Positions 20,667 through 32,519 of a stretch of 64,000 nucleotides of DNA are shown here, one piece after another (within the stretch, counting starts at the first letter, position 1; the number at the start of each line of letters is the position of its first letter). The notes beneath the pieces were generated by a model. It saw only the letters and a list, made by a program, of their open reading frames with translations. It made no database searches and was not told the DNA's origin. The stretch spans positions 5,984,001 to 6,048,000 of the forward strand of contig CP086569.2 in NCBI GenBank assembly GCA_009914755.4. The letters are read 5' to 3'. Source of the stretch: the human T2T-CHM13v2.0 reference genome, Homo sapiens. Made by a program: the position numbers and the translations under genes.

Positions 20667-20962
20667 TTTTTTTTCTTTTTAGACACAAGGTTACACTGTT
20701 GTCCAGCCTGGACTGCAGCAGCACCATTGTAACTCACTGCAGCCTTGAACTCCTGGGTTCAAATGTGTGAGCCTTCCATTTCAGCCTCTCAAGTAGAAAG
20801 AATTACAGACACACACCACTGTGCCCCACTTTTGTGTGTGTGTGTGGCAAGGACAATGCTTCAGATATATTGTTCAGGGTGGTCTCAAACTCCCAGGCTT
20901 AAGTGTCCTCCTTCCTTGACCTCCCAAAGTGTTGCAATTATAGCCCTGAAACACTGAGTTTG
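20667..20962 (-). mobile_element. Alu (paralogous to the 18300-18610 copy)
   Basis: ttttttttctttttagacacaaggttacactgttgtccagcctggactgcagcagcaccattgtaactcactgcagccttgaactcctgggttcaaatgtgtgagcc...cctcccaaagtgttgcaattatagccctgaaacactgag. Confidence 0.85.
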
Positions 20963-20969
20963 GCATATT

Positions 20970-21595
20970 GTTTCCAGAGTTGGTTCCTTCTGGTAGGTTC
21001 TCGGTCTTTCTGACTTCAAGAATGAAGCCGTGGACCTTCACATAGAGTGTTACAGCTCTTAAAGATAGTGTGTCCAGAGTTCATTCGTTCAGATGTTCAG
21101 ATATGTCCAGAGTTTCTTCCTTCTCCCAGGGGACCTCCTGGTCTCCCTGACTTCAAGAATGAAGCTGCAGACCTTCATGGCTGGTATTGAATCTCCTAAA
21201 GTTGGTGCAGACCCAGAGCGAGCAGCAGCAAGATTTATTGACAAAGCTTCCACAGCATGGAAGGGGACCTGCATGGATTGCCACTGCTGGGTGGGTTGGC
21301 GAGCTTTATTCCCTTATCTGGCCCCACCCACATCCTGCTGATTGATCCATTTTACAATGTGCTGATTGGTCCATTTTACAGAGCGTTGATTGTTGTGTTT
21401 AAAATCATTTAGCTAGACACAGAGCAATAATTGATGCTTTTTTACAGAGTGCTGGTGAATTTACATTCCTTTTGCTAGACACAGAGTGCAGATTGGTGCA
21501 TTTACAATCATTTAGCTAGACAGAAAAGTCCTCCCTGTCCCCACTCAACCCATGAAGTCTAGCTGTCTTCACATCTCAATGCTCTAACTGCTGTT
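20970..21595 (-). mobile_element. LTR12/ERV9-type LTR (3' LTR of the minus-strand provirus remnant)
   Basis: The plus strand shows tgtttccagagttggttccttctggtaggttctcggtctttctgacttcaagaatgaagccgtggaccttcac...cagcagcaagatttattgacaaagcttccacag. On the minus strand this gives AATAAA followed by U5-like direct repeats. Tandem ctgattggtccattttacagag / ctgattggtgcatttacaatcatttagctagacacag repeats place the CCAAT-box enhancer repeats on the minus strand. Confidence 0.7.
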
Positions 21596-22789
21596 GGGAA
21601 TTGGGTGATGACCACCCTAGCTACTTACTGCTGGATAGAGGTAAAGAAGGGGTCTCTGGTGGTAGTGTCCTCCAGAGGGGAATATTCTAGGCCAGCCAAA
21701 GGGCCAGTGGGTTGATCCAGGTTCCTTGGTAGAAGTTATTAGTTGAGCTCATTGGGGTTCCATTTGTAAGATCAACTGTAGCTTGATGGCCTCAATCCTA
21801 GAGGAAACAAATTTGGCAGGGTGGTTAAAAATACAGGACCTGAAGGAAAGTAATAGCAAGATGGCTGTCATGGGACCTGGAAAGAGGAGAAGTCATATGG
21901 CTCAACTCCAGAGGTTGGTATAAGAGTTTGAAAGGCATTGTCTGGTTTCAGTAGCCTTTTCCTTTAAATGCTGGGTGGCATTGCATACTATCCCAGACTG
22001 GTTAGTGTAAAAGAAACACTCTTCCCTTAAGAAGGTGCAGAGCCCTCCTTTCTCAGCAGTGAGGGAGTCTAGGCCTCAGTGGTTCTGGAGAGCCACTGCT
22101 GCCAAAAAGTCTATTTGGGATTGTAGAGAAAGGATAGATTTTGTTATTTTTCACAAACTGTCTGAGAAATCCTTTGAGAGTGTGTGGTAGTAGGATAATA
22201 CATGTTACACTGTTAACTTTTAGCAAACTTTACTTTTGTTGAAAACCTTCTAAGTTTGGGATTTCAAGTATTCTTTGCTATTAATAAGACCTCGTTCAGT
22301 CCCTATTCACTTAGAAATGGTATAGATGGCTCCTTCGTGATTCTGTAAGTACATTAAGGTTTGGCTGAGGGCAAACGGCTCGCACATTTAAGCAGACAAA
22401 TTATTAGGCAATTTTCCTAACTGCTTCTACAACAGTTCCCTTATCATTTACTGAATACCCATTGCGTCTTTTTCCCTTAATAACCTGGGAGGAACCATCT
22501 ATCATCCTGTCCTGAAGGAAATTCCTCCTAGGTCTTGTTGGACCTTTGTATGGTAATTAGTTAAGACTTTGATCCTTAGATCCCCGTTAGGAATCCTGCT
22601 GAGTTAAAATTTTTTGATAGGAGGTCTAGGGGTTCTCAGTGGCCTCAGTGCTTTCAGACTATGCCCTTGTTTACAATGACAACAAGGTGGTATTGGGGTG
22701 TTAGAGGTCATTGAGAAAACCTTAAATTATCAATTATGGTTATTAAATTTACCCTGGCTTTTAAAGGAATAGGATACACTGCTTTTTCT

Positions 22790-23060
22790 TTACTACTTCA
22801 ATCTCTTTCTCTCTCTTTGACTCCTTCTTTGTCTGTCTCTTCCTCTCTCTCTTTCCTTCTGTCTTTGACCTTGTCTCTTTCTTTCTTTTTCTTTTTCTCT
22901 GACCCCCTCTTTGTCTGTCTCTTCCTCTCTTTCTCTCTCACTCTCTCTGAATTTCTGTCTCTTCTTCTGTTTCTCTCTTTCTCTCTCTTCTCTCTCTGCT
23001 GGTCTTTTCCTGCCTCTGCCAGCCACTTATGCTGCTGCTCTCCCCTCTCCTTCCCCTTAT
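22790..23060. repeat. ~270-bp polypyrimidine (CT-rich) low-complexity tract
   Basis: ctctttctctctctttgactccttctttgtctgtctcttcctctctctctttccttctgtctttgacc...ttctctctctgctggtc. It produces the spurious K/R/E-rich and S/L-rich ORFs at 22736-23237. Confidence 0.9.
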
Positions 23061-26000
23061 GATGGCTTCGGCAGTGGAACACTGCCACCACATTGGGTTT
23101 TGCAGAGTGTGCAATAACTCCATGGTTTCCTTGTGATATTTAATGGGGCTTCCCCCCGAGGTTATGAACTCATTTTCTTTCCATATTGCAGGATGGGCAT
23201 GTAGGAGTAGATAAGCATACTTACTATCAATACACACATTTATTCTTCTTCCGTTTCCCCATTGTCAGGCTTGGGTAAGTGCCATTAGTTCTGCTAACTG
23301 GGCGCTGGTCCCTGGGGGAAGAGGCTTACTTTCAAGTGCCCTTACACCACTAAATATGGCATAGCCTGCCCTTCATATACCATTCTACACAAATGAACTT
23401 TCACTGGTATATAGGTTAAGGTCAGGATTAACTAAGGAGCTTTCTAAGAGAGGCTTTCGGGCAGCATAAATTTGGACTATAATTTGTTGGCAGTCATGCT
23501 TGACTAGTGTTTCCCATCCTCTAGGAGAAAAATGGCAGGGTTGAGGGCTACATATGTGCATATTTGAAACACCTGTCGCTCAAGGAGTAGTGTCTGGTAT
23601 CTAAGCAGGCTGTTGTCTGATAGCCATAAACTTCCTTTGGCACCTACTATGCCCTTTACATCATGAGTAGTCCAGAGAGTGAGATCATTTCCTCATATTA
23701 TTTTGACAGCCTCTTACACTAAGATGGTCACTGCCACAACTAATAGTAAACAGTGAGGCTGGCCTTTTTCTAGTACATCAATTTCCTTACTTAGGTATAC
23801 CACAGGTTGTGGGGTTGTCCCATGAGTCTGAGTAAGGACTCCAAGAGCTATTCCTACTCTCTCTCTGGCATATAAATAAAAGTTTTGTCCTCTCAGAAGG
23901 CTTAAGGCTGGAGCTTGAGTTTATTTCTTCCAGTGCCCAGACTTCAAGGTTGACTCCCTCCTCCAGCAGGGGATAACAAATGGGTAACTTGTTCCCTATG
24001 TTCACGTAGATAATAGCTCCAGCTTTGGCTAATATGTCCCTCCCTAATAAGGTATTGGATGTTCAGGCATAAGAAGAAAGGCATGTGAAAAGAGCAAAGT
24101 CTCCCAGTTACAACTGAGAAGGTGGGAGAAACACTTGGTTACAGGCCAAACCAGGATTCCTCAGATAGTAACAGCCCTTGAGGACAGCTGTCCAGGACAG
24201 GAGATTAACACTGAGAAGGCCACACCAGTGTCCTGGAGGAAGTCAATTTCCTGGCCCTCAATGGTTAAATGTACCTGGGGCTCAGTGAGGGTAATGACAT
24301 GAGCTGGCACTTGACCCAGACACCCTCAGGCCTGTTGTTGGATAATCTGGTTGGGGGCTTCTGGCCTAGAGAAACTTTGTCCTCTGGGGCAGAGAGCCTT
24401 CCAGTGATTGCCTCGGTAGAGTGGACATGGGCCAGGGGACAGCTTGTTTCTTGTTGGACAAACTTTTTTAAGGTGTCCTTGCAAACCACACTGGTAAGAA
24501 ACCCTACCTGGTAATTGGCCTGCTCCATTTTATGTCCGGTCTGAACCACCAAGGTTTGTTTGTCTGAGGGCCATGAATAAGGCTGCAACCTTTCTCTGAT
24601 CTCACTTTTCCATTTTGGCCAGGTCTTCTTGGTAGCTATTAGAGAACACTGAGGTTGCCAGGTTTACTAATGCCTCCAGATTTTGTTCAGGGTCCAGCGC
24701 TGACTTTTGGAGCTTTCTCTTGATATCTTCAGCTGATTGGGTAATAAACTTATCTTTCAGAGTCAATTGACCCTCAAGGGAATCAGGTGACAGAGGAGTA
24801 GATTTCCTTAAGGCCTTCCATAGCCACTCGAGGAAGGCAGAAGGATTTTCTTCCTTTCCCAGAGTTAGGATGGACATCATTGCATAGTTCAGGAGCATTT
24901 TCCTAATTCTCCTCAGTCCTTCTAGAACACAGGTCAGCAGATGTTTGTGACTCCAGTCCCAATAATCTGAGTTGAGTTTCCAGTGGGGATCCATATGGGG
25001 GATGACTTGCTGACTGGTAGGGAATTTGTCCCTTTCTTCAGCTGTCATTCTATCATTTACTTGACTAAGATACCAGGTATCTCCAAACTCTTGGGCTGCA
25101 GCTAAAGCCACATTATTTTCATTAAAGTCCAGGATTTGATCTAACATTAGCATAACATCTCTCCAAGTGAGGTGAAAGGTTTGCCCTAGACCCTATAAGA
25201 TATCTATGTACCTATCAGGATCATCTGAAAACTTCCCTGTGTCTGCCTTGGTCTGCTTCAAATCAGGGAGAGAGAAGGGGACATGTACCCAGGTTGGGCA
25301 AAATTCCCCTCCCCCTACATCTTGAAGGGGACATAATCAATAGCCCGGAGTTTTTTTGTGGTCCTCTGTAGATTTCTTTGCTTGTTTCCTTCTGCAGGGG
25401 GAAGATTAGAGGTGGCTTATCAGTAATAGAAAGGGGAGCTATACAGAGGCTAGGATATAGGGGTAAGCTAAAAGGTACTCCTGTGGGATGTAAATGGCAA
25501 GCTTTGCAAAGCTGTGGATTCTCCTTCAATGAAAATAAAACTTGGACATCAGGTATTTCATTCCACTTGCCTTCTCTCTTATAGAAAAGGTCAAACTGCA
25601 AGATAGTATTTTAATTTTTACTTCCCTCAGTTGGCCATTTTTCCCCATTGGAGAGAATATTGAGGCCTGGTAATAGTGAAGAAAAAAATGAGCCACCTCT
25701 TTGTCAAGGATTTGTGGATCAAATTGGTCCCGATGGCTTAGGATGCACTGCAATGGTGAGCCTGTTGATGTCTGAGTGTTTCCCATCTGAAAGACAAAAC
25801 TTCCCACAATTTTGGTTTGTTTGTTTCTTCCCCTGCCCAAGAACTGCAATGGTCCCTGAACCCTGCTGATTGGCATAGTTGCGCTCACTGACCCAGCAGC
25901 AGAAACACTAGTTTTCCTCCAAGACCACAAAGAAGATTGAGGAAGGTCAGATTTAGTGTCCCTTACTGATGTATTCTCAATAATCTGCACCCTTTCCTGT

Positions 26001-26950
26001 CCTCCTAGACCACAAAGAGGACCAAGAAAAATCGGATTTAGTGGCACTTACTGATGCATTCTTGAAAAACTGTTAGAGTCCTAAGCATTCTCCCATTAGT
26101 ATTGGGACTATGCCCCTGTCCTATAAAGATATTACACCTCAAAAATGAAGTGGAGGGCCATACCCTGAGAGAGGGAAATGTTATCCAGGGTTGGAAGAGT
26201 GATGCCTTTTGTCCTCACTTGAATAGGAAGGATACCATTTCTGAAGCTCCCCATACCCTAGCTTCAGGAGTAGCTTTTGTTAGGCCTGCTAGTCTAAAGA
26301 GAGATCCTAAAATTCTAGATAAGATGTTCCCCCAGTCCCCCAGTGGGGCTTTGGGCTAAAATTATATCTTTCTGATTGGTAAGCCCGGGTGCCTAAAGAA
26401 GGGAATAGAGTCCTGGAGTTTATACTAGAAATCATTCTTAGCAGAGAAACTAGAAAAGCACCAGAGACAGGGAGTGGTTTTCAGAAGCAGGGCTAGCCTC
26501 AGAGAAGAGACAAGAGGAAGTTTGTCTGACAGGTATTAGGACCCAGGAAGCAAAGGTCAGATGTCAGGATAGATAGGATAGATGGGCGAGTCTCACTTGT
26601 GCAACGTGACTTTGAGAGTACTACTCATGGCTGCAGCATTAACCAACTTGTTATTGGGACTTTGGAGCTGAATGGCTTTCCTCTCTGTTGACCCCCAGCT
26701 CAGCCCAGAGGTATAGGGAAAGCAGAAGCTGGTTGCAGGCAAACCAATGCTCCCAAATCTGAAGAGTTGGGGCTTGTTAGACAGCACTTCCCCAGAAAGC
26801 ATGACACCCATGTCTTTAGTCCAGCAGCCATGCTAGTCACTTTTAACTGGCTTACAGGTGGCTGGTTTTTTAGCCCCAGAATTCTGAGGAAAAATAGGAC
26901 AGAATAGCAAGTGAAAGGTGTCTGATGGTACTCACTGCTTGGTGATAGGT
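23060..26950 (-). mobile_element. ERV9-like (class I, gamma-like) provirus internal region, internally deleted. Retains leader, gag (MA, p12, CA, NC remnants), a short pro/pol stretch and the RNase H C-terminus. Most of RT, IN and env is missing or unrecognisable.
   Basis: Minus-strand ORFs 25526-26047 (MGNTQTSTGSPLQCILSHRDQFDPQ... N-myristoylation-type gag start), 25263-25601, 24602-25153 and 24265-24588. The 24602-25153 ORF carries the CA major homology region ...GKEENPSAFLEWLWKALRKSTPLSPDSLEGQLTLKDKFITQSAEDIKRKLQKSALDPEQNLEALVNLATSVF, cf. MLV [73 protein letters not shown]. ORF 22938-23237 reads YAYLLLHAHPAIWKENEFITSGGSPIKYHKETMELLHTLQNP, cf. MLV RNase H [39 protein letters not shown]. Confidence 0.75.
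24265..25786 (-). pseudogene. ERV9-like gag remnant (frameshifted)
   Basis: ATG at 25786-25784 (minus strand) opens MGNTQTS... The CA MHR and an NC-like segment lie in different frames, so several frameshifts are present. Confidence 0.7.
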
Positions 26951-26954
26951 GATA

Positions 26955-26972
26955 GTCCCTTCATGGTTGCCA
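26955..26972 (-). promoter_or_regulatory. Primer-binding site complementary to the tRNA-Arg(CCG) 3' end, 16/18 match, immediately internal to the 5' LTR
   Basis: The plus strand reads gtcccttcatggttgcca, whose complement is TGGCAACCATGAAGGGAC. The canonical Arg PBS is TGGCGACCACGAAGGGAC. Its position confirms the right-hand LTR as the 5' LTR and the minus orientation of the provirus. Confidence 0.7.
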
Positions 26973-26974
26973 TA

Positions 26975-27595
26975 ATGTGTCTGGAATTTATTCCTTCTAG
27001 TGGGTTCTTGGTCTTGCTGACTTCAAGAATGAAGCCGCGTACCTTCACAGTGAGTTTCGCAGCTCTTAAAGTGGCATATCCAGAGTTTGTTCCTTCAGAT
27101 GTTCAGATGTGCCTAGACTTTCTTCCTTCCAGTGGTCTTGTGGTCTCAATGACTTCAAGAATGAAGCTGCAGACCTTCACAGTGAGTGTTACAGCTCTTA
27201 AAGGTGGTGTGGACCCAAACAATGAGCAGCAGCAAGATTTATTGTGAAGAGCAAAAGAACAAAACTTCCAGAGCTTAGAAGGGGACCCAAGAAGGTGGCT
27301 GATGCTGGGTGAGGTGGCTAGCTTTTATTCCCTTATTTGGATCCATGCACGACCTGCTGATTGACTCATTTTACAGAGTGCTGATTGGTCCATTTTACAG
27401 AGTGCTTATTGTTCCATTTTAGAGAGTGCTGATTGGTGCATTTACAATCCTTTAGCTAGACACAGAGTGCTGATTGGTGCATTTTTAGAGTGATGACTGG
27501 TGTGTTTACAATCCTTTAGCTAGAGGGAAAAGTTCTCCAAGTCCTCACTTGACCCAGGAAGTCCAGGTGGCTTCACCTGTCACTAGGACCTCCAA
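26975..27595 (-). mobile_element. LTR12/ERV9-type LTR (5' LTR of the minus-strand provirus; the U3 end may extend to ~27730)
   Basis: Same architecture as 20970-21595: tgtctggaatttattccttctagtgggttcttggtcttgctgacttcaagaatgaagccgcgtaccttcac...cagcagcaagatttattgtgaagagc...ctgattggtccattttacagag / ctgattggtgcatttacaatcctttagctagacacag repeats. Confidence 0.7.
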
Positions 27596-27734
27596 GAAAA
27601 AATGGGGATTTAAATAGACATTCAAGCACTTCTGAAATGGTTTCCCCCTGGCTTAAGGGATCTCAAGTAGTCAAAAATCTCAGCTCCCACTTTGTACCTC
27701 AAATAACTTAGATTGTACATCTAATGGCTTGACT

Positions 27735-28030
27735 CTTTTTTTGTTTTTTCATTTCTTTTGAGACAGAGTATTACTCTGTCACCTGGGCTGAAGTGCAATG
27801 GCATGATCTTGGCTCATTGCAACCCCTGCCTCCTGTGATTCCCCTGCCTCAGCCTTCCGAGTAGCTGGAAATACAGGTGACCACCACTATGACAGGCTAA
27901 TTTTTGTATTTTTTAGTGAAGAAAAAGTTTCACCATGTTGGTCACGCTGGTCTCAAATTCCTGACCTCAGGTGATCCCCCTCCTTGGCCTCCCAAAGTTC
28001 TAGGATTACAGACATGGGCCACCACATCCA
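27735..28030 (-). mobile_element. Alu (paralogous to the 19430-19735 copy)
   Basis: ttttttgttttttcatttcttttgagacagagtattactctgtcacctgggctgaagtgcaatggcatgatcttggctcattgcaacc...cctcccaaagttctaggattacagacatgggccaccacatccagtc. Confidence 0.85.
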
Positions 28031-28439
28031 GTCATGTCCTCACTTTTATAGCTTCTGCCCAGGTATCTTGCTTCTAATCCTCCTGACTTTTGGATCTGTC
28101 AAGGTCCTCTGAGAGCAGGCACATAGGCATTTCCCATCAGTCTTCATCGTCACTCACTCTAGCAATATACTGAGCTTCTAAATTTTCCTTCCAAGAAGTC
28201 AAACTACCCAACTATTTCCCTGACTTCTCAGCTTGATGCCTAAGAGTTTTAATACTAACTTGCCAATCTCTGGAAGCTAATGAAGCCCAGCATCTTGTAG
28301 CCCCAGGGTTTTGAAGAGGAAAAATGATTTTTTTTACCATAACTCTGCATGACTATTAAACTGGCTTATTTTTGTAGTTTAAATATTTTTCCCTCCAAGC
28401 CTCAGGTTGAAATGTGGTTGTCCACACTATAAATGACAC

Positions 28440-28810
28440 CTAGTGTGGGGCTGGATCCCTCATAAATGGCTTGGCACCCTCACCATGGTTAATAAGTGAG
28501 TTTTCCACTCTATTAGTTCCCACAATGGAATTTACATCCAAATAGGTTGTTCAAAAGAGCCTGATACTGTCTCCCATTCTCTCTCTTGCTCTCTCCACAT
28601 GTGGCATGCCTGTTTTCCTTTACCTTCTGTCCTGAGTGGAAGCCTCATGAGACTCTCACCAGATGCAGATGCTGAGACCACACATCTTTTACAGCCTCCA
28701 GAACCAGGAGCCAATGAAAGCTTTTTTCTTTATAAATGTTCCAGTCTCATTCTTTTATAGGAACACAAACAGAATAAGCCATGTATCTCTGGCTGATAAT
28801 GTGCCTATAT
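28440..28810 (+). mobile_element. MaLR-type LTR (MST/MLT1/THE1-like)
   Basis: ...ccacatgtggcatgcctgttttcctttacc...gcctcatgagactctcaccagatgcagatgctgagaccacacatcttttacagcctccagaaccaggagccaatgaaagcttttttctttataaatgttccagtctcattcttttataggaacacaaacagaataagcc resembles the 3' part of THE1/MST consensus (...ccagccatgtggaactgtgagtccattaaacctcttttctttataaattacccagtctcgggtatgtctttattagcag...). Confidence 0.45.
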
Positions 28811-28984
28811 CAGTAAGCAGTGGAGCTCAGCATTCACTGTTTCCTTTGTTCCACAGAGGAAAAAAAAAGTGGTTTTCGGTGGTCCCGTGAAATTGTCCTT
28901 AAATCCAACCCTTGGCTTACTCTAGCTTTCAGGTTCTCCATGGAAGCACCACAACATTTTAAACTCCTCCCTTAGGACCAGTAT

Positions 28985-29285
28985 TTTTTTTTTTTGAGAT
29001 TGAGTCTCACTCTGTCACCCATGTTGGAGGGAAGTGGCATGATCTCAGCTCACTTTGACCTCCATCTGCTGGGTTCAAGATATATTCCTGCCTCAACCTT
29101 CCAAGTAGCTGGGACTACAGGCACATGCCACCAGGCCTGGCTGATTTTTTTCTTTTTTGGTATGTTTAATAGAGAGGAGATTTCACCATTTTAGCCAGGA
29201 TGGTCTCAACCTCCTGAACTTGTGATATGCCCACCTCATCCTCCCAAAGTGCTGGAGTTACAGGTGTGAGCCACTGTGATCAGCA
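28985..29285 (-). mobile_element. Alu
   Basis: tttttttttttgagattgagtctcactctgtcacccatgttggagggaagtggcatgatctcagctcactttgacc...cctcccaaagtgctggagttacaggtgtgagccactgtgatcagc. Confidence 0.85.
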
Positions 29286-31109
29286 TAGACCATTCTTTTA
29301 ACTTGCCTGTTTCTGGGATCTGAAGTGACAGAGTAGGCATTCTGTGATTCTGCTAATTCCTACCCTCTCCACAAAAACAAAAAAACAAACAAACAAAAAC
29401 TCAGCTCACAAATATCCTTAGATAAGGACACCTTAGTGAATGATTCTATAACTTGGGATTGAATCTATGACACCTTTTTTGACTGTAGAACATAGAATAG
29501 CCATACACATAGGATAAAAGAACAGTTTTAATTTGAAGTTTTTTTTCTCCCCAAGCCAGCACAGTGTTGCATATGAAAAACATTTCCCTGGACTCACAGT
29601 TTCTTCAGATTGGAGAGAGTTGAAAGTGCACATTCAGGCTTTTCTTTTCCATTTTGCAATTCTTCACATGATGTTCTCTCTAGTCTTACCCAGTGGGTAA
29701 CATCGAGGGTATCAGACAACTGGGGTCAGGTAGAAACAAACTACATGGATGGGGCTCACATTGACCATGAAAGTAATCTTACTGGTGGCTTTGCATTCCA
29801 GCCAGCAGAGGAGAACCACCAGAGAAACTAGGCAACAACATCATTCTGCAGCAACCAACCGTGGTTGATTGGTCTGCCAGGCTCAAATCATTGGCCAACT
29901 GCCAAATCCCACCCTGGCTTTCTCTGCAGAACTTCCCAGGCTGTGACAAAGAGGCAGCTTGGTAATTACCCACAGAATGTTCATGTGACCCCACCCAATC
30001 TAGGCTATCATACTTTTGACCATCTTAGCCCTGTGTGCTCCACCCATCCCCAGGCTGAATATCAGAGGCAGTTTAGGCAGTTTAGTGGTTAAGGATGAAG
30101 TTGCTGGCTCTAACTGGACCCAGAGGGCAAGTAGCTTATATAATAAGCCTTGTTACCTCTGGAAGGATGTTCACTTCTGATATATCTAATGGAAATCACT
30201 GGGGTGTTAGAATCTCTAGAGCACATGATTTTATTGAGAAACCGAGAATCCCAGTCTCAGTTCCAGCTCCTCCCTCTGCTGCTCAGAAACAACTACCATG
30301 CTGGGGAACTTGCCTGTCTGAGCCAATGAATGTAGTCTATCCAGGCTCTCTCCAGCAGAAAATGGATCTAGACTCTCCAGCCTTTGTTCCCTATTGGGAG
30401 AACCCACTCTCAGCTCTGGTTCTTCCCTATGTCAGGGAATTATAAGCTCTTTGAGAAACTTTCTGGGCAAATGCAACTTTCTTAGCCCAGACCAGGTTCT
30501 AAATGATCTGTTCAACAGCAATGTCAAGGGAGCTGATTTTCAGCCCCAGAGCCTCCTGCTGCAGGCAGAAAACTAGCCCATTTGTGCAGAGACCTTCCAG
30601 TAATCATCACAGCCAAAATTACAGCCATGCCATTCTCTGTTCCACAACAGAATCAAAGTGAACCCGGTCTCAGCTCCAGCCTGTCCAATTTCAATTTCTG
30701 AAATTGAATCATTACTAATAAATAACCTACCAGCCAAAAAAAAAAAAGCCAAGAAACTGACAGATTCAGGATGCATTCTACCATATATACAAAGAGCTGC
30801 ATCATATTCCACTGTGTGGGTGATCCTAGATTGTTCAACTGGTTGTGAATGTATGCTTATACACACACACAAAACGCACACAACTAGGTTTCATGTTCTG
30901 TCAAAAAGCAGCAATGGAAATGCCATGCTGGTCTCTGGTATTATCTGAAGGCTCATTGGGAAGGACCCATTCCTTTGTTTGCATTACATTTTTGCCAGGA
31001 GCCTTGTCCACAATGGCAGTTTTTCAGTGGTTTCTTACAGCTCTGTAGATAACCTGCAATTATGTTTATTTACATGCTTTACAATATCTTCGTTAGTCTT
31101 TATCTCTAA

Positions 31110-31270
31110 ACTTGAGGCTGGGTACAATGGCTAAAGTCTATAATTTCAGTACTTTAGGAAGTTGATGTTGGAGGATCCTCTGAGCCCAAAAGTGTTAGAC
31201 TACAGTGATGTATAATTCAGACTGTTGACAGAGCAAGACCCTCACTCTAAGTAAATAAATAATAAAAATA
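31110..31270 (+). mobile_element. Alu-like monomer (FLAM/FRAM-like), weak
   Basis: gaggctgggtacaatggctaaagtctataatttcagtactttaggaagttgatgttggaggatcctctgagcccaaaagtgttagactacagtgatg...gagcaagaccctcactctaagtaaataaataataaaaata. Confidence 0.45.
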
Positions 31271-31974
31271 CAACTGATAGTAGTATTTTTGTTTTACCAT
31301 TTGGAAATACAAATTTCCTTGATCAAATACATGAATATTTGATAGCCACTAACACAACACATTTGCTTGTGCATGGGAGCCGATGCAGGAAAGCAGAGGG
31401 ATTGGATGCTCTTTTCTTCTTAATGCCTGAACGCGGGTACTATGATGATAAGTGGTGAGTTTGGAACAGGAAGGCTTTCTGCCAGAGCCATCAAAGCTAT
31501 GGGAATAAAACTCTCCACAAGTCAGGAAACAAAACAATCATTACTGGTAATAGTAAATGGAAAATCTTTTGCAGATTTGATTGCACTTTTAATTTAATAT
31601 GGACTAGGCAGCATAATACAGACTACCCGGCCCCTAATAGTGTGCAATTTGATGACAAATGTCAATTGTGTTTGGTTGTTGGAAACTAGGTTTCAGCTCT
31701 TCCAAGAAGCTTAGTTACATGAGTAATTTTGACAATACTCATAGTTACTTGAGTATTGTCAAATATACACCAGCTTATTTTAACATTTCTGTTAGTCCAC
31801 CAGAGACCTAAATATTATTAATATTATTTTAAACATAAAATATTAATGTAAACATAGTTCAAAATTCATGTGGATAATGAGTAAAATCATGTTTTTATTT
31901 TTATTCATTTCCTTTTGGTTTCATGCCTTTCATTCTCTTTTTCTCCCTCCCTTCTTCCCTCCCTCCCTTCTCCC

Positions 31975-32008
31975 TGTCTTTCTTTCCTTCTTTCCTTCTT
32001 TCTTTCCT

Positions 32009-32063
<55 letters not shown>

Positions 32064-32067
32064 ATCT

Positions 32068-32128
<61 letters not shown>
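31975..32128. repeat. (TTTC)n microsatellite, ~38 copies, flanked 5' by CCTT/CCCT-rich sequence
   Basis: tttccttctttctttccttctttctttctttctttc...(tttc)n...ttcctttcctctatctctg. It produces the spurious FLSFF ORFs at 31868-32296. Confidence 0.95.
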
Positions 32129-32129
<1 letters not shown>

Positions 32130-32159
32130 TTTCCTCTATCTCTGTATCTCTGTTTAATA

Positions 32160-32455
32160 TTTTTAGATGGAATCCTGCTCTGTTGCCTAGGCTGGAGTGC
32201 AGTGGCATGATCTCAGCTCACTGCAACCTTCCCATCCTGGGTTCCAGCAGTTCTCCAGTCACACCCTCCCGAGTAGCTATGACTGCAGGCATGTGACAAC
32301 AATCTTAGCTTTTTTTTTTTTTTCTGCACTTTTAGTAAAGACCAGGTTTCACAATATTTGCTCAGGCTGGTCTCAAGCTCCTTTCCTCAAGCCATCCACC
32401 CACCTTAGCCTCTTAAAATGCTGGGATTTCAGTCATAAGCCACAATGCCCACCCA
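32160..32455 (-). mobile_element. Alu
   Basis: tttttagatggaatcctgctctgttgcctaggctggagtgcagtggcatgatctcagctcactgcaaccttcc...ttaaaatgctgggatttcagtcataagccacaatgcccacc. Confidence 0.85.
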
Positions 32456-32519
32456 GTTTTATGTGTTTCTTTTCTCAGTGATCTCTCCTGTCTATTTTAT
32501 TATTTTATTTCATTTTTAT

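Noticed and set aside
22736-23237. Overlapping ~100-aa ORFs on both strands (S/L-rich on plus; K/R/E-rich 'RKRQ...ERER' on minus)
   Set aside because: They are translation artefacts of a pure CT/GA low-complexity tract. Composition-driven, with no domain similarity.
24602-26047. 183-aa and 173-aa minus-strand ORFs as cellular genes
   Set aside because: They are retroviral gag (Met-Gly-Asn N-terminus; capsid major homology region) of an ERV9-like provirus flanked by LTR12 LTRs.
31868-32296. 142-aa ORF with FLSFFLSFF repeats
   Set aside because: Artefact of the (TTTC)n microsatellite read in frame.
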